From Candidatus Woesearchaeota archaeon (GTDB taxonomy: Archaea > Nanobdellota > Nanobdellia > Woesearchaeales > ARS49): a DNA stretch of 46,365 nt. Under the pieces are notes generated by a model, which saw only the letters and a list, made by a program, of their open reading frames with translations, was not told the DNA's origin and searched no databases. Positions 9,701 through 17,289 of this stretch are shown in pieces. Made by a program: the position numbers and the translations under genes. The DNA lies in the NCBI GenBank assembly GCA_041599235.1, contig JBFHWZ010000001.1, forward strand, positions 1 to 46,365. Direction: 5' to 3'. The first letter of the stretch is position 1; each line of letters begins with the position of its first letter.

Positions 9701-10253
9701 TGGCGTCAAAAGCAGCATAGCCCATGAGTTTTCTGATGTAGTCTGCGATGATAACTGATACTGCTGCATTGGTTCCACCAGCATTTCTGATGGGCCCGCT
9801 ATATTTCACTGAAAGATACTCCCCATTGCCGTCCATGCGTTTCTTGAAGGAAATGTCAATAAGGCCGTCTAAGGGTGCACTCACCACACCCAGCGTGCTG
9901 TAGGCAAAGCCTGTTTTGATTGCGACCAGCATGGCTTCTTTTTTGTCAGTGAATGTGCAGAATTTTTCAGTTGCAACTTCCTCTGCCACTTTAAGCGCAA
10001 CGCGCCAGTCCAGCGCGCCGTATTGCTTTTCAAGTTCAATGATACGTTCAACAATGCCTGAATTTACGATTTGCGGCGCTTCAACAGAAATAAGGCCCAC
10101 TACGCGCTCAGCCATGTTTTTAGCAAGGCTTATTTCGACTGTTGGTTCTGCGTCAAAACCGCACTTGCGCGCTTTGGTTGCAACAGCGTGCATTCTATTA
10201 ACTTCGTGCTTGATGCTTTCAAAGTACTGTTTTACGTTGGGGCTTGCGTCCAT
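6747..10253 (-). CDS. polC: DNA polymerase II (PolD) large subunit DP2
   Basis: 1168 aa. Central Cys cluster YQCTLCKTQHAVPLCPGCSKP..YCKGCALW and C-terminal zinc module FRCVHCNEKYRRPPLVGKCLKCKGKI, both typical of DP2. TAATG overlap with the DP1 gene. Confidence 0.95.
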   Translation of the reverse strand: MDASPNVKQYFESIKHEVNRMHAVATKARKCGFDAEPTVEISLAKNMAERVVGLISVEAPQIVNSGIVERIIELEKQYGALDWRVALKVAEEVATEKFCTFTDKKEAMLVAIKTGFAYSTLGVVSAPLDGLIDISFKKRMDGNGEYLSVKYSGPIRNAGGTNAAVSVIIADYIRKLMGYAAFDATDAEVKRAVTELQDYHERVTNLQYYPSPAEVEFLVKHMPVEIDADPSERFEVSNYKNLPRIETDIIRSGYCLVYSSCIPLKAPKLWKQLGSWGKEFNLEQWDFLEEFIKVQKKEKAKGAKSASSSSKIQADHTYIKDLVAGRPILAHPLRSGGFRLRYGRARTSGYSSYALHPATMAVTTNYIATGTQLKLERPGKGTVVTACDTIEGPIVKLVDGSVLQPTTMEQVSNANIAEILYLGDILVNYGDFFNRAHALVPAGYCPEWWIQEFEKKAIESFGAVDYEKIAELTDVSVQTLREVFTNPAQISVQTALHLSNKLNIPLHPKYTYYWNTLSLEQLAQLRTWLARMKLFTEQGQTTKGVVLLESEPKRALELIGVPHTIVNKENVVIAGDHATILSTVLAFSSPEQPTGETTVDALNSIAPVFMRDKGGTFIGSRMGRPEKAKMRKLTGSPHALFPVGEEGGKYRSFQNAMQKGRITAEFPLYQCTLCKTQHAVPLCPGCSKPTQRLFYCKGCALWSTEKTCKTHGETVGYQRQAIPIKTLFEHSLRKLGMKTYPELIKGVRGTSNVDHTPEHFAKGILRAKHHVHVNKDGTIRYDMTQLPMTHFKPREIGTSVAKLKSLGYDTDIKGKPLEKADQVLEIKPQDIVLPQCPDSPDEGAATVLIKAAQFVDDLLVSFYNLQPFYNVKTADDLVGTLLLCLAPHTSAAIVGRLIGFSKTQGFFAHPYLHAATRRDCDGDESSVSLLLDAFLNFSKRYLPASRGSTMDAPLVLTSVIIPTEVDDMVFDLDRVGNYPLALYEAALEYKMPWDVPIQQLKKVLETPEQYEGMKYTHETSNFNNAALCSSYKTLPSMQEKLAGQMVLAEKIRAVDTTDVARLVIEKHFIRDTKGNLRKFSMQEFRCVHCNEKYRRPPLVGKCLKCKGKIVFTISEGSVIKYLEPTISLAKKYNVSDYLKQSIDLLQERIEGVFGKEKEKQTGLGAWFG

Positions 10254-11668
10254 TAGAATCTCATCATGGTTACTTGTCGGGTTTGTAGGTTAATGACCGG
10301 AACAGTGCCGGGGTCTGGTTCGTGGCCTACTTTTTCTTGAAAGTCAGTTTTGCTTTGCCAGCAGCTGCCGGCGATGATTGAGGTGCTGCGATAGTTAAGC
10401 GCAGCTGATTTGTGTATGTGCCCAGCAACAAATAAGTCTGGTTGTTCACTTATGACTAAGGGGTCACGTGTTGGGTCAGGGATGTAGAGCGTTGAGGAGT
10501 GGGTTGGTGCAAGGTGTCTGCGCTGTAGCAAATAGCGCATAATCAGGCCAACACGATCGCTTATGTGCGCGCCGCTGTCTCGTATGGACGGAACTATTTC
10601 GCCATAGTCATCAAAACTAAAGCCATGATAGGTAAGCACGGTAAAGCCTGAAAAGTCCTGCGATGCGTGGATGTTAACAACGCAAGGGTTGGTAACATGG
10701 ATTATGTTGGGTAGTGTATAGAGTGCTTCTGCGTGCTTTTTTGGAAGCGGTGGCTGCGGCTCTGAAATGCGCAAAGCATCGTGATTGCCTGCACCCATAA
10801 TAATGTGGACGTCTTTACGTATTTTTGAAAATAATTCTGCTGCTTTATCATATTGCTGCTTGATGTCAGTGAGTGCGAGCTCTTCTTCTTGGCCGGGATA
10901 GATGCCAACACCATCAACAACATCACCGCAAACAAACAAGTACTTTACTTTTTGCGCCATTGCTTGTTGTTCAGGGGTGCCAGCTGAGCCATTGAGCCAA
11001 TCAACGAACTTGAGAAACCGGTCTTCAAGAAACTTTTTTGAGCCAACGTGCACGCAGGCAAGTACGGCTGCATAGGCTTCGTCCGGTGCTTTTTTCAGTT
11101 CGCTGGTCAGGGGAATGTCTGGATAAATGATGTTGTTGCCAAAGATAATATTATCGCCTGTGCTGCCGGTCAGCCCAATCACTTCATCCAGTGTTGTGTC
11201 TTTTGCAACGTCATATAGCTCTTTGTTTTTTTGGGTAACAATGACCCGTATTTGGCCTGAGGGATCCTCAAGCATCATGCTGACGTTCTTGTTTTTAGTG
11301 ATGTGTTTGTCGACCACCAACCCGATAACAGCGACGGTCTCGCGATCTTGTTTGTGCTGCAGGCGCGCTATGGAGGTCAGGTTTTGAAGCTCTTGGCGAC
11401 CTGCCAGCATTTTTTCAAGTGCTTTATAGCGCTGATTGAAGTACTTAACAAAATCTTGGACAGTGTGTTTTTTTGATTGTGGCAGATAATTGTTTACGAT
11501 AAGCACTTGGCCGCGTTTTTCAAATGAATTTTGTTTGAGCACTATGGTGTTGTATGCCTGCTCAAGCTCGGTCTGGTCATTGAGCCGCTCCAAAAAGTCC
11601 GGTTTGACCACGATATTCCTGCTTAACAGTTGTGTTACAATCTCTTTTTTCTTTTGTTCGGTGTTCAT
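10253..11668 (-). CDS. polB: DNA polymerase II (PolD) small subunit DP1 (calcineurin-like phosphoesterase/exonuclease)
   Basis: Motifs FVCGDVVDGVGIYPGQ, GAGNHD, LTYHG and VAGHIH. ATGA overlap with the cdc6 stop. Confidence 0.93.
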   Translation of the reverse strand: MNTEQKKKEIVTQLLSRNIVVKPDFLERLNDQTELEQAYNTIVLKQNSFEKRGQVLIVNNYLPQSKKHTVQDFVKYFNQRYKALEKMLAGRQELQNLTSIARLQHKQDRETVAVIGLVVDKHITKNKNVSMMLEDPSGQIRVIVTQKNKELYDVAKDTTLDEVIGLTGSTGDNIIFGNNIIYPDIPLTSELKKAPDEAYAAVLACVHVGSKKFLEDRFLKFVDWLNGSAGTPEQQAMAQKVKYLFVCGDVVDGVGIYPGQEEELALTDIKQQYDKAAELFSKIRKDVHIIMGAGNHDALRISEPQPPLPKKHAEALYTLPNIIHVTNPCVVNIHASQDFSGFTVLTYHGFSFDDYGEIVPSIRDSGAHISDRVGLIMRYLLQRRHLAPTHSSTLYIPDPTRDPLVISEQPDLFVAGHIHKSAALNYRSTSIIAGSCWQSKTDFQEKVGHEPDPGTVPVINLQTRQVTMMRF

Positions 11669-12873
11669 AATGCTAAGGCTTCTTTAAGTGCTGAAAACAT
11701 CTTGGTGTTGAGTTCGGCGTTTTGCATGAGCTGTATCTCGCGCGTTCTCCCATATCTTCCTTTTGATATGACTTTTGCCTGAATAATGCCCAGCATGTCA
11801 AACTCAGCTATGATGTCTGAAATGCGCCGTTGCGTCAGGGGCCGCAGCGCTGTTTGCTTGCAGAGCTGTTGGTACACATCATACACTTCCCCTGTAAATA
11901 CGTGTTTTTGTTTGTTATTACACACGTGAAAAACGCCGTACAGTGTTAGCTGGTATTGTTTTGGTTGTGTCCTGATGATGTCAAGAACGCGGTCTTTTTC
12001 GATTTTGTGTTCTGCTGCGTCAAGATCAGCGATAGCAACAGTTTTGGTGCCTCCCCGTTCTGCAAGTTCTCCTGCAACGCGCAGCAGTTCCAGTGCTCTG
12101 CGGGCATCGCCGTGTTCGCGTGCTGCGTACGCTGCACATTTTTCAAGAAGGCCCTGTTCAAGTGCTTCAGGTTTGAATGCTTCTGCAGCGCGGTGCTCAA
12201 GTATGTTTTTGATTTGCGGCGCATTATAGGGTGGAAATACTAGTTCTTCTTCTGACATGCTGCTTTTGACGCGCGGATCAAGCTGTTCTGTGAAAAGCAA
12301 GTCGTTGCTTATACCGACAATGCTTATTTGCGCTTTCTGAAGCTCTGCATTGATTCTCGTGAGATTATATAGTAGCTCATCACCGACTTTACCAACAAGC
12401 TGGTCGATTTCGTCTAGAACCAGTAAAATAACTTGTTTGGTTGTGTCAACTGCTTTGTAAAAAATAGTGTATACTTCTTCTGTTGGCAGTCCTGTTGGTG
12501 GTATAGTTTTGTTAAATTCCCTGGCAAGCTGTGCTATGAGCCGGTATTCGGTATCTGCAACTTTTTTTAGCTTGCAGTTGACATAGACTATTTTCAGCGG
12601 CAGCTCGCGCTCTTCTGCCATTTTACGTAATTGCTCTGAGACGTATCGTGCCGTTAGTGTTTTACCTGTCCCTGTTTTTCCATAAATAAATACATTTGAT
12701 GGTTTTTCACCCCGCAAGCTTGGCGCAAAAATGCTGGCAAGCTGCTGCATTTGTTCATCACGGTGAAAAATAGTGGGGGGAAAGTAGTTTGCCTGTAAGC
12801 AGTTTTTGTTCTTAAAAAGAGAGTCTTTTGTTAAGAACTTTTCAAAAAAATTTGCCATCCCCTTTTCTTCCAT
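11665..12873 (-). CDS. cdc6: Orc1/Cdc6 replication initiator
   Basis: Walker A GKTGTGKT, Walker B LVLDEID, and a C-terminal winged helix. TATA-like TATTTAT 12897-12903 is centred 27 nt from ATG 12873. Confidence 0.93.
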   Translation of the reverse strand: MEEKGMANFFEKFLTKDSLFKNKNCLQANYFPPTIFHRDEQMQQLASIFAPSLRGEKPSNVFIYGKTGTGKTLTARYVSEQLRKMAEERELPLKIVYVNCKLKKVADTEYRLIAQLAREFNKTIPPTGLPTEEVYTIFYKAVDTTKQVILLVLDEIDQLVGKVGDELLYNLTRINAELQKAQISIVGISNDLLFTEQLDPRVKSSMSEEELVFPPYNAPQIKNILEHRAAEAFKPEALEQGLLEKCAAYAAREHGDARRALELLRVAGELAERGGTKTVAIADLDAAEHKIEKDRVLDIIRTQPKQYQLTLYGVFHVCNNKQKHVFTGEVYDVYQQLCKQTALRPLTQRRISDIIAEFDMLGIIQAKVISKGRYGRTREIQLMQNAELNTKMFSALKEALAL

Positions 12874-12878
12874 TGGAG

Positions 12879-12890
12879 TTCCAAGTGAAA
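12879..12890 (+). repeat. ORB-like element 1, TTCCAAGTGAAA
   Basis: TTCCA-N3-GAAA core located between the cdc6 TATA and the cdc6 start codon. Confidence 0.55.
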
Positions 12891-12935
12891 GGGAGGTATT
12901 TATGTTTTATTGTGCTGGTGTGAGTGTGTCCTTGA

Positions 12936-12947
12936 TTTCGTTTGGAA
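12936..12947 (-). repeat. ORB-like element 2, TTCCAAACGAAA on the minus strand
   Basis: Plus strand reads TTTCGTTTGGAA. It is inverted relative to elements 1 and 3 and sits at the left border of the AT-rich tract. Confidence 0.55.
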
Positions 12948-12954
12948 GTGGTAT

Positions 12955-13120
12955 TATTATTATGTTTAATGATTCTTAATTATAATTAATTATATATATC
13001 AATATATATAAATTTCTATATGGAAATAAATTAAAAAGATAAAGAAAAAAGAGTTTTTAACATATTTTTAAATATATATATCACAAAACAACTTTTAAAG
13101 TGTTTTTTTGATTTTTGAGC
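12955..13120. other. AT-rich duplex-unwinding-element candidate of a chromosomal replication origin (oriC)
   Basis: Long runs of A/T only (TATTATTATTATG..TTATAATTAATTATATATATCAATATATATAAATTT..). Non-coding, flanked by ORB-like elements, and directly upstream of cdc6-polB-polC. Confidence 0.65.
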
Positions 13121-13140
13121 GCCAAAACGAAAAAATACGG

Positions 13141-13152
13141 TTCCACACGAAA
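13141..13152 (+). repeat. ORB-like element 3, TTCCACACGAAA
   Basis: Same TTCCA-N3-GAAA core on the right side of the AT-rich tract. A weaker CCAAAACGAAA lies at 13122-13132, and TTTCTATATGGAAA at 13013-13026. Confidence 0.5.
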
Positions 13153-13294
13153 TAAAGCAGTCAGGGAAAATAAATTGGTGTTTTTTGCTACTCTTGAATA
13201 GTTAAAAGAGAAACCTTTATATATCAGTTATACCTACACGATAGTAACACCCGTAAGCTAATGTAGTCATAGATATAGTGGAGGAAATACAAGG

Positions 13295-14092
13295 ATGATC
13301 GTTGAAACTGAATTTTTAAACAAAATTAAAGATTTTGGCCTCAACAGCTACGAAGCAAAACTATGGACTGCTTTGCTCTCACGGGGTATAGCAACAGCCG
13401 GCGAGTTGTCTGATATTTCAAATGTTCCACGAAGCAGAAGTTATGATGTTCTAGAAAGCCTTGAGCGCAAGGGATTTATCATTATGAAGCTGGGCAAGCC
13501 CATTAAATATATTGCTGTTCCTCCAGAAGAAGTGCTTGACCGGGTTAAAAAAAGCATTATGGACAGTGCACAGAAGCACGCGCAAACACTTGAGGGCATA
13601 AAGAAAAGCGAAGTGCTCTCAGAACTTAACCTTCTCCACAAACAAGGTCTTGATTTAGTTGAGCCAAGCGACCTTACGGGTGCAATTAAAGGCCGCACTA
13701 ACCTCTATAATCATCTTGCGGCTGCGATTAAAAACGCTGAAAAGTCAGTCAGCATATTGACTACAGAAAAAGGAGCTGCACGAAAACTCGAAGCACTTAA
13801 AACAGCTTTGCAAAAAGCAAAGGACAAAGGCGTAAAAGTGCGCATTGCAGCACCATTCGGCAAAGCATCACCTGCAGCCAAAGAACTTGGACGGTATGCA
13901 CAAGTAAAAAGTGTTGGTGGTATCGACGCTCGATTCTGCGTTGTTGACAAAAAAACAGTTACCTTTATGGCATTGGAAGACAATGCAGCACACCCTAACT
14001 ATGACTTTGGCGTGTGGGTTAACACAAAATTCTTAGCAACCTCATTTGAGAACCTCTTTGACAGGGTGTGGGGCTCAAAGCAGCCGAAATAA
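13295..14092 (+). CDS. TrmB-family transcriptional regulator, paralogue 1
   Basis: N-terminal wHTH YEAKLWTALLSRGIATAGELSDISNVPRSRSYDVLESLERKGFI. TATA 13216-13225 and SD GTGGAGG 13278-13284. Confidence 0.8.
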   Translation: MIVETEFLNKIKDFGLNSYEAKLWTALLSRGIATAGELSDISNVPRSRSYDVLESLERKGFIIMKLGKPIKYIAVPPEEVLDRVKKSIMDSAQKHAQTLEGIKKSEVLSELNLLHKQGLDLVEPSDLTGAIKGRTNLYNHLAAAIKNAEKSVSILTTEKGAARKLEALKTALQKAKDKGVKVRIAAPFGKASPAAKELGRYAQVKSVGGIDARFCVVDKKTVTFMALEDNAAHPNYDFGVWVNTKFLATSFENLFDRVWGSKQPK

Positions 14093-14142
14093 AAACATTT
14101 TTAAAGCATTGTTATTTTAATAGGTAAAAAGAGAGGTGTGAT

Positions 14143-14340
14143 ATGGTTGAAGATGCTGTTTTACGAATAACTTTAGCAGTGGTCATAGGAACTCTTGCGG
14201 CTATTGTGTACAGCTTGCGCGTGCTTGTTTTGATGGAGCGCAGGGTTGCGCGCATTGAAGACCATATCGATACCATAGCACACAAAATTCTCCGCGAAGA
14301 GCTTAAGATTGAACGAGCGTTACTGAAGAAAAAACGGTAG
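14143..14340 (+). CDS. Small membrane protein (one TM helix plus charged coiled-coil-like tail)
   Basis: 65 aa, ITLAVVIGTLAAIVYSLRVLVL then RRVARIEDHIDTIAHKILREELKIERALLKKKR. Strong SD GAGGTG lies 6 nt upstream. The next gene starts 1 nt after its stop. Confidence 0.5.
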   Translation: MVEDAVLRITLAVVIGTLAAIVYSLRVLVLMERRVARIEDHIDTIAHKILREELKIERALLKKKR

Positions 14341-14341
14341 G

Positions 14342-15067
14342 ATGGACACGCAGCTGCTTTCTGTTTGTAAGTCATGGAATGAACTGGTTCACCGAGAGGC
14401 ATTTTCTCGTTCCCGCTTGATTACTACTATTGAAAAGTTCAACACAGAGCTTCTCAGGCAGTTTCCTGTTCCGCACTACGTTAACGCAGTGCAATTCTGT
14501 TTTTCAGAGCAGCCAGGCAGCATACGGGTGCTGCGAAGTAACTTTCTTAGAAAAATACACATACTTGCTCAAACAGTTAAAAACTCAAAACAAGAGCAAA
14601 CAGAAGCAGCCAGCAGCACCATCCCGCAAGGCGCACACGTTTTTGTCCTTGATGACACAAGCACGGCTCACGTGCTGGCAGATGCGCAGCAAAACAAAAA
14701 AGCAACACTACATTCTATTTCCAAGCTCAAGATAAAAACGCGCGTACACGATCCCAAAAAGCTTCGTCAAGTACTCAAAGCGTGCGACATGGTGATTTTG
14801 GGCGCTGCAGCAGTCACGCACGACAAAGTCGTCGATGTTGCAGGCGCTGAGCTTGTTGCGCACACAGCACACGCTTTGCACGTGCCTGTTTATGTGGTTG
14901 CGTCGGTGCTCAGTATTGACACACAAAACAAGTTTCTCAGAAGTCTGCAAGAAGGAACGGACTATGAGCTTGTTGAGCCGTCTTTAATAACAGGCATTAT
15001 TTCAGAAGCAGGGGTGTATGATCACCACACCTTTTTAGAATACGCACAGGCAGTGCTCAGACCTTAA
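14342..15067 (+). CDS. eIF-2B alpha/beta/delta family protein (short form)
   Basis: C-terminal family core MVILGAAAVTHDKVVDVAGAELVAHTAHALHVPVYVVASVLSID...ITGIISEAGVY. Confidence 0.6.
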   Translation: MDTQLLSVCKSWNELVHREAFSRSRLITTIEKFNTELLRQFPVPHYVNAVQFCFSEQPGSIRVLRSNFLRKIHILAQTVKNSKQEQTEAASSTIPQGAHVFVLDDTSTAHVLADAQQNKKATLHSISKLKIKTRVHDPKKLRQVLKACDMVILGAAAVTHDKVVDVAGAELVAHTAHALHVPVYVVASVLSIDTQNKFLRSLQEGTDYELVEPSLITGIISEAGVYDHHTFLEYAQAVLRP

Positions 15068-15560
15068 GCGCTTTTTTAAGTTTGGTTATGTCTTTGGTGA
15101 GTTGTGCAATTTTTTTGGTGTTATCTTCGTGCTCAAGCAGCTCACCGCACTCAGGGCACTTATACTCGAATTCTGTTGCTTGGTCAAAGTCAAGTCGAAT
15201 GCATCCCTGTGAACAAACATAGAACCGGCCAACCTCTTCTCGCGCAAGCCGTTCTTGCAGCCGTTCAAGTTTTTTCTTTTTCAGTCCGGTCATCAGGTCC
15301 TTAACGCGCTTTTGATTAAACGTCCAGTAGTAGATATACCAGCCCTTTTTCTTGTCTTTTTTGCGAATAAAAGAAACCAGGTTGGCATCGTACAGCCGAT
15401 AAAGCATGTTGCGCGTGAGATTTATTTCTGTCCTGATCTTTGAAGCAAGCTTGAATTCACTTACATTCTTCTGATTTTTCAGCGCTTTCACTAACGGAAG
15501 TACATCTTCTCCAGCAACCTCGCTGACTACTTCATCTACTAGCTTTCCTGACACTTTCAT
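15057..15560 (-). CDS. tfe: Transcription factor E (TFE alpha)
   Basis: Winged helix with KKGWYIYYWTFN and zinc ribbon CSQGCIRLDF..YKCPECGELL. Start set at the first ATG (15560). A GTG at 15584 would be leaderless relative to TATA at about 15610-15618, so the start is uncertain by 8 codons. Confidence 0.85.
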   Translation of the reverse strand: MKVSGKLVDEVVSEVAGEDVLPLVKALKNQKNVSEFKLASKIRTEINLTRNMLYRLYDANLVSFIRKKDKKKGWYIYYWTFNQKRVKDLMTGLKKKKLERLQERLAREEVGRFYVCSQGCIRLDFDQATEFEYKCPECGELLEHEDNTKKIAQLTKDITKLKKALKV

Positions 15561-15629
15561 AGCCTTCACTCGTACAGTCTTCACTCCTAAAAAGCAGTGC
15601 AAGAGACTTTATATACTGGTATTTTGCAT

Positions 15630-16025
15630 TTATAAAACTTTCGCCCCTGCGATGTCGTAAAAGCGTTTTCCGCGCTCAAGCGCCGCTGTTTTCTTAATAC
15701 CAACGCGCTTGGCAGTTTTCTCAAGTTGGTGCGGTGCAAGAAACAGCCACTCTGTTCGATCGAACTTGATGGCAACCAAAGGGGTATGGCCTGCTTTTGC
15801 TGCAAATTCCTGCAGCTGAGCAATTTCCTCGACGTCAAAGTACTGATATGCTGTTTTGCAGGCTTTGCACTCTATGGCAAGGGTTTTGCTGTTTTTGCTT
15901 ACCAGAAGATCAGGGCTTGGATATTGCATTGAGCCGCTACCAGCAACTCTGACAGCAGTCCAGCCATGTGCCCAAAAGAGGTGCACCAGATCGCGCTCAG
16001 CATTTGACCCTTTGACTTTACTCAT
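15630..16025 (-). CDS. hjc: Holliday junction resolvase Hjc
   Basis: GSNAERDLVHLFWAHGWTAVRVAGSG..PDLLVSKNSKTLAIECK, a PD-(D/E)xK archaeal resolvase pattern. Confidence 0.9.
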   Translation of the reverse strand: MSKVKGSNAERDLVHLFWAHGWTAVRVAGSGSMQYPSPDLLVSKNSKTLAIECKACKTAYQYFDVEEIAQLQEFAAKAGHTPLVAIKFDRTEWLFLAPHQLEKTAKRVGIKKTAALERGKRFYDIAGAKVL

Positions 16026-16131
16026 GGCGGTTCTTAATCTGCTGCCTTTAAAATTGTTTCTTTTTTATATAGAAAATATTTAGGAAGATTTAAATAAAAA
16101 GACCATTTAAGCTGTTTTGGAGTGATTAAGC

Positions 16132-16350
16132 ATGCCTAAGAATCCTAAACGCCAAATTCCGCTAGCTGCAATGGAGAAAATCCTTAAAAACGCAGGAGCA
16201 AGCCGTGTTTCAGATAAAGCCAAGACGGCACTTAAAGCAGTCCTGGAAGAGCATGCAGCAACCATAGCCAAACAGGCCATCAAGTATGCTGAGCATGCCA
16301 AAAGAAAAACACTCAAAGCAGAAGACATTGTGCTTGCAGTGAAATCATAA
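16132..16350 (+). CDS. Archaeal histone (HMf family histone fold)
   Basis: 72 aa. LPLAAMEKILKNAGASRVSDKAKTALKAVLEEHAATIAKQAIKYAEHAKRKTLKAEDIVLAVK. TATA GATTTAAATA at about 16087-16096 and SD GGAGTGA. Confidence 0.9.
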   Translation: MPKNPKRQIPLAAMEKILKNAGASRVSDKAKTALKAVLEEHAATIAKQAIKYAEHAKRKTLKAEDIVLAVKS

Positions 16351-17235
16351 CTGTATTTTCATAAGGTCTTTGCCGGCAAAGGTGTTATCAAAGACGGTGC
16401 GCGCATCTGCTTCTAATTCCTGCACATCTTTATAGCGGGCACTAAAATGAGTTAAGACTAATTTCTTCACTCCTGCTTGCGAAGCAATTTGCGCTGCTTC
16501 GACAGCAGTCATGTGCGTATACTCTTCTGCTTTATCCTGCAAGTCGCTTTTGTAAGTGGCTTCGCAGATAAGCAGGTCAGCATCCTTGGCCAGCTCATGA
16601 CAGTGCTTATTGGGTCGCGTATCAGTAATAAAACACACGCGGCGTCCTTTTTTTATAGTGCTAATATCCTCAGGCTTGATTTTTTTGCCTTTGACAGTTA
16701 CCGTTTTACCTTCTTGCAGCTTGCCAATGTCAGGGCCAGCAGGCACGCCAAGCTTTTTTGCCTTTGCCATGTTGATTTTTCTGGAATCTTTTTCAACAAA
16801 AACATAGCCAACACAGCGCGTTCTGTGCTGCATGGGAGCACAGGCTATCTGAATATCTTTTGTTTCGCAGATTACTCCGTGCGCCACCTCAGTAACGTTA
16901 AGCTTGATGCGGCGGTCAAACACAAAAGCTTTTTCCATGTTCTGCATGAAGGCCTTGCTTCCAGCAGGACCGTACAGCTCAAGGGTTTTGGTATAGTCTG
17001 CAGCACCCAGGCTCTGAATAAGGCCGGGTAAGCCAAGCACATGATCGCCGTGCCAGTGGCTAATGCAAATCTTTGTGATTTTACTCAGGTTCACTCCTGC
17101 TTTTTTGAGTTGGCGCTGCGTGCCTTCACCACAGTCAAACAAGATTCCTTCATTCTTGTAACTAAGAAAAACCCCTGAAACATTACGCTCTTTGGTCGGG
17201 ATCATGCCCGAGGTGCCTAAGAGTATTGCTTGCAT
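16345..17235 (-). CDS. rnz: Ribonuclease Z (tRNA 3' endonuclease, metallo-beta-lactamase fold)
   Basis: ISHWHGDH motif, N-terminal MQAILLGTSGMIPTKERN, C-terminal LTHFSARY. Confidence 0.9.
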   Translation of the reverse strand: MQAILLGTSGMIPTKERNVSGVFLSYKNEGILFDCGEGTQRQLKKAGVNLSKITKICISHWHGDHVLGLPGLIQSLGAADYTKTLELYGPAGSKAFMQNMEKAFVFDRRIKLNVTEVAHGVICETKDIQIACAPMQHRTRCVGYVFVEKDSRKINMAKAKKLGVPAGPDIGKLQEGKTVTVKGKKIKPEDISTIKKGRRVCFITDTRPNKHCHELAKDADLLICEATYKSDLQDKAEEYTHMTAVEAAQIASQAGVKKLVLTHFSARYKDVQELEADARTVFDNTFAGKDLMKIQL

Positions 17236-17260
17236 AGTCTGAAAAAAAGAATACGAAGCT

Positions 17261-17268
17261 TTTTAAAT
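17261..17268. promoter_or_regulatory. Single TATA box (TTTTAAAT) shared by divergent rnz and endA
   Basis: 54-bp spacer. The TATA centre is 29.5 nt from rnz ATG 17235 and 25.5 nt from endA ATG 17290. Confidence 0.55.
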
Positions 17269-17289
17269 CTATTGCAGCTTGGACAGGGC

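Noticed and set aside
1328-10253. Inteins in mcm, polC (DP2), and also rfcS and pan
   Set aside because: Protein lengths are canonical and the catalytic motifs are contiguous. No Cys/Ser-...-His-Asn splice-junction insert was seen.
12955-13120. AT-rich repetitive tract as a CRISPR array or tandem-repeat element
   Set aside because: There are no regularly spaced direct repeats of 24-40 nt with unique spacers, only simple A/T runs. Its position next to cdc6 with ORB-like boxes fits a DUE.
16477-17031. 184-aa plus-strand ORF
   Set aside because: It is antisense to RNase Z (HWHGDH frame). It is a shadow ORF.
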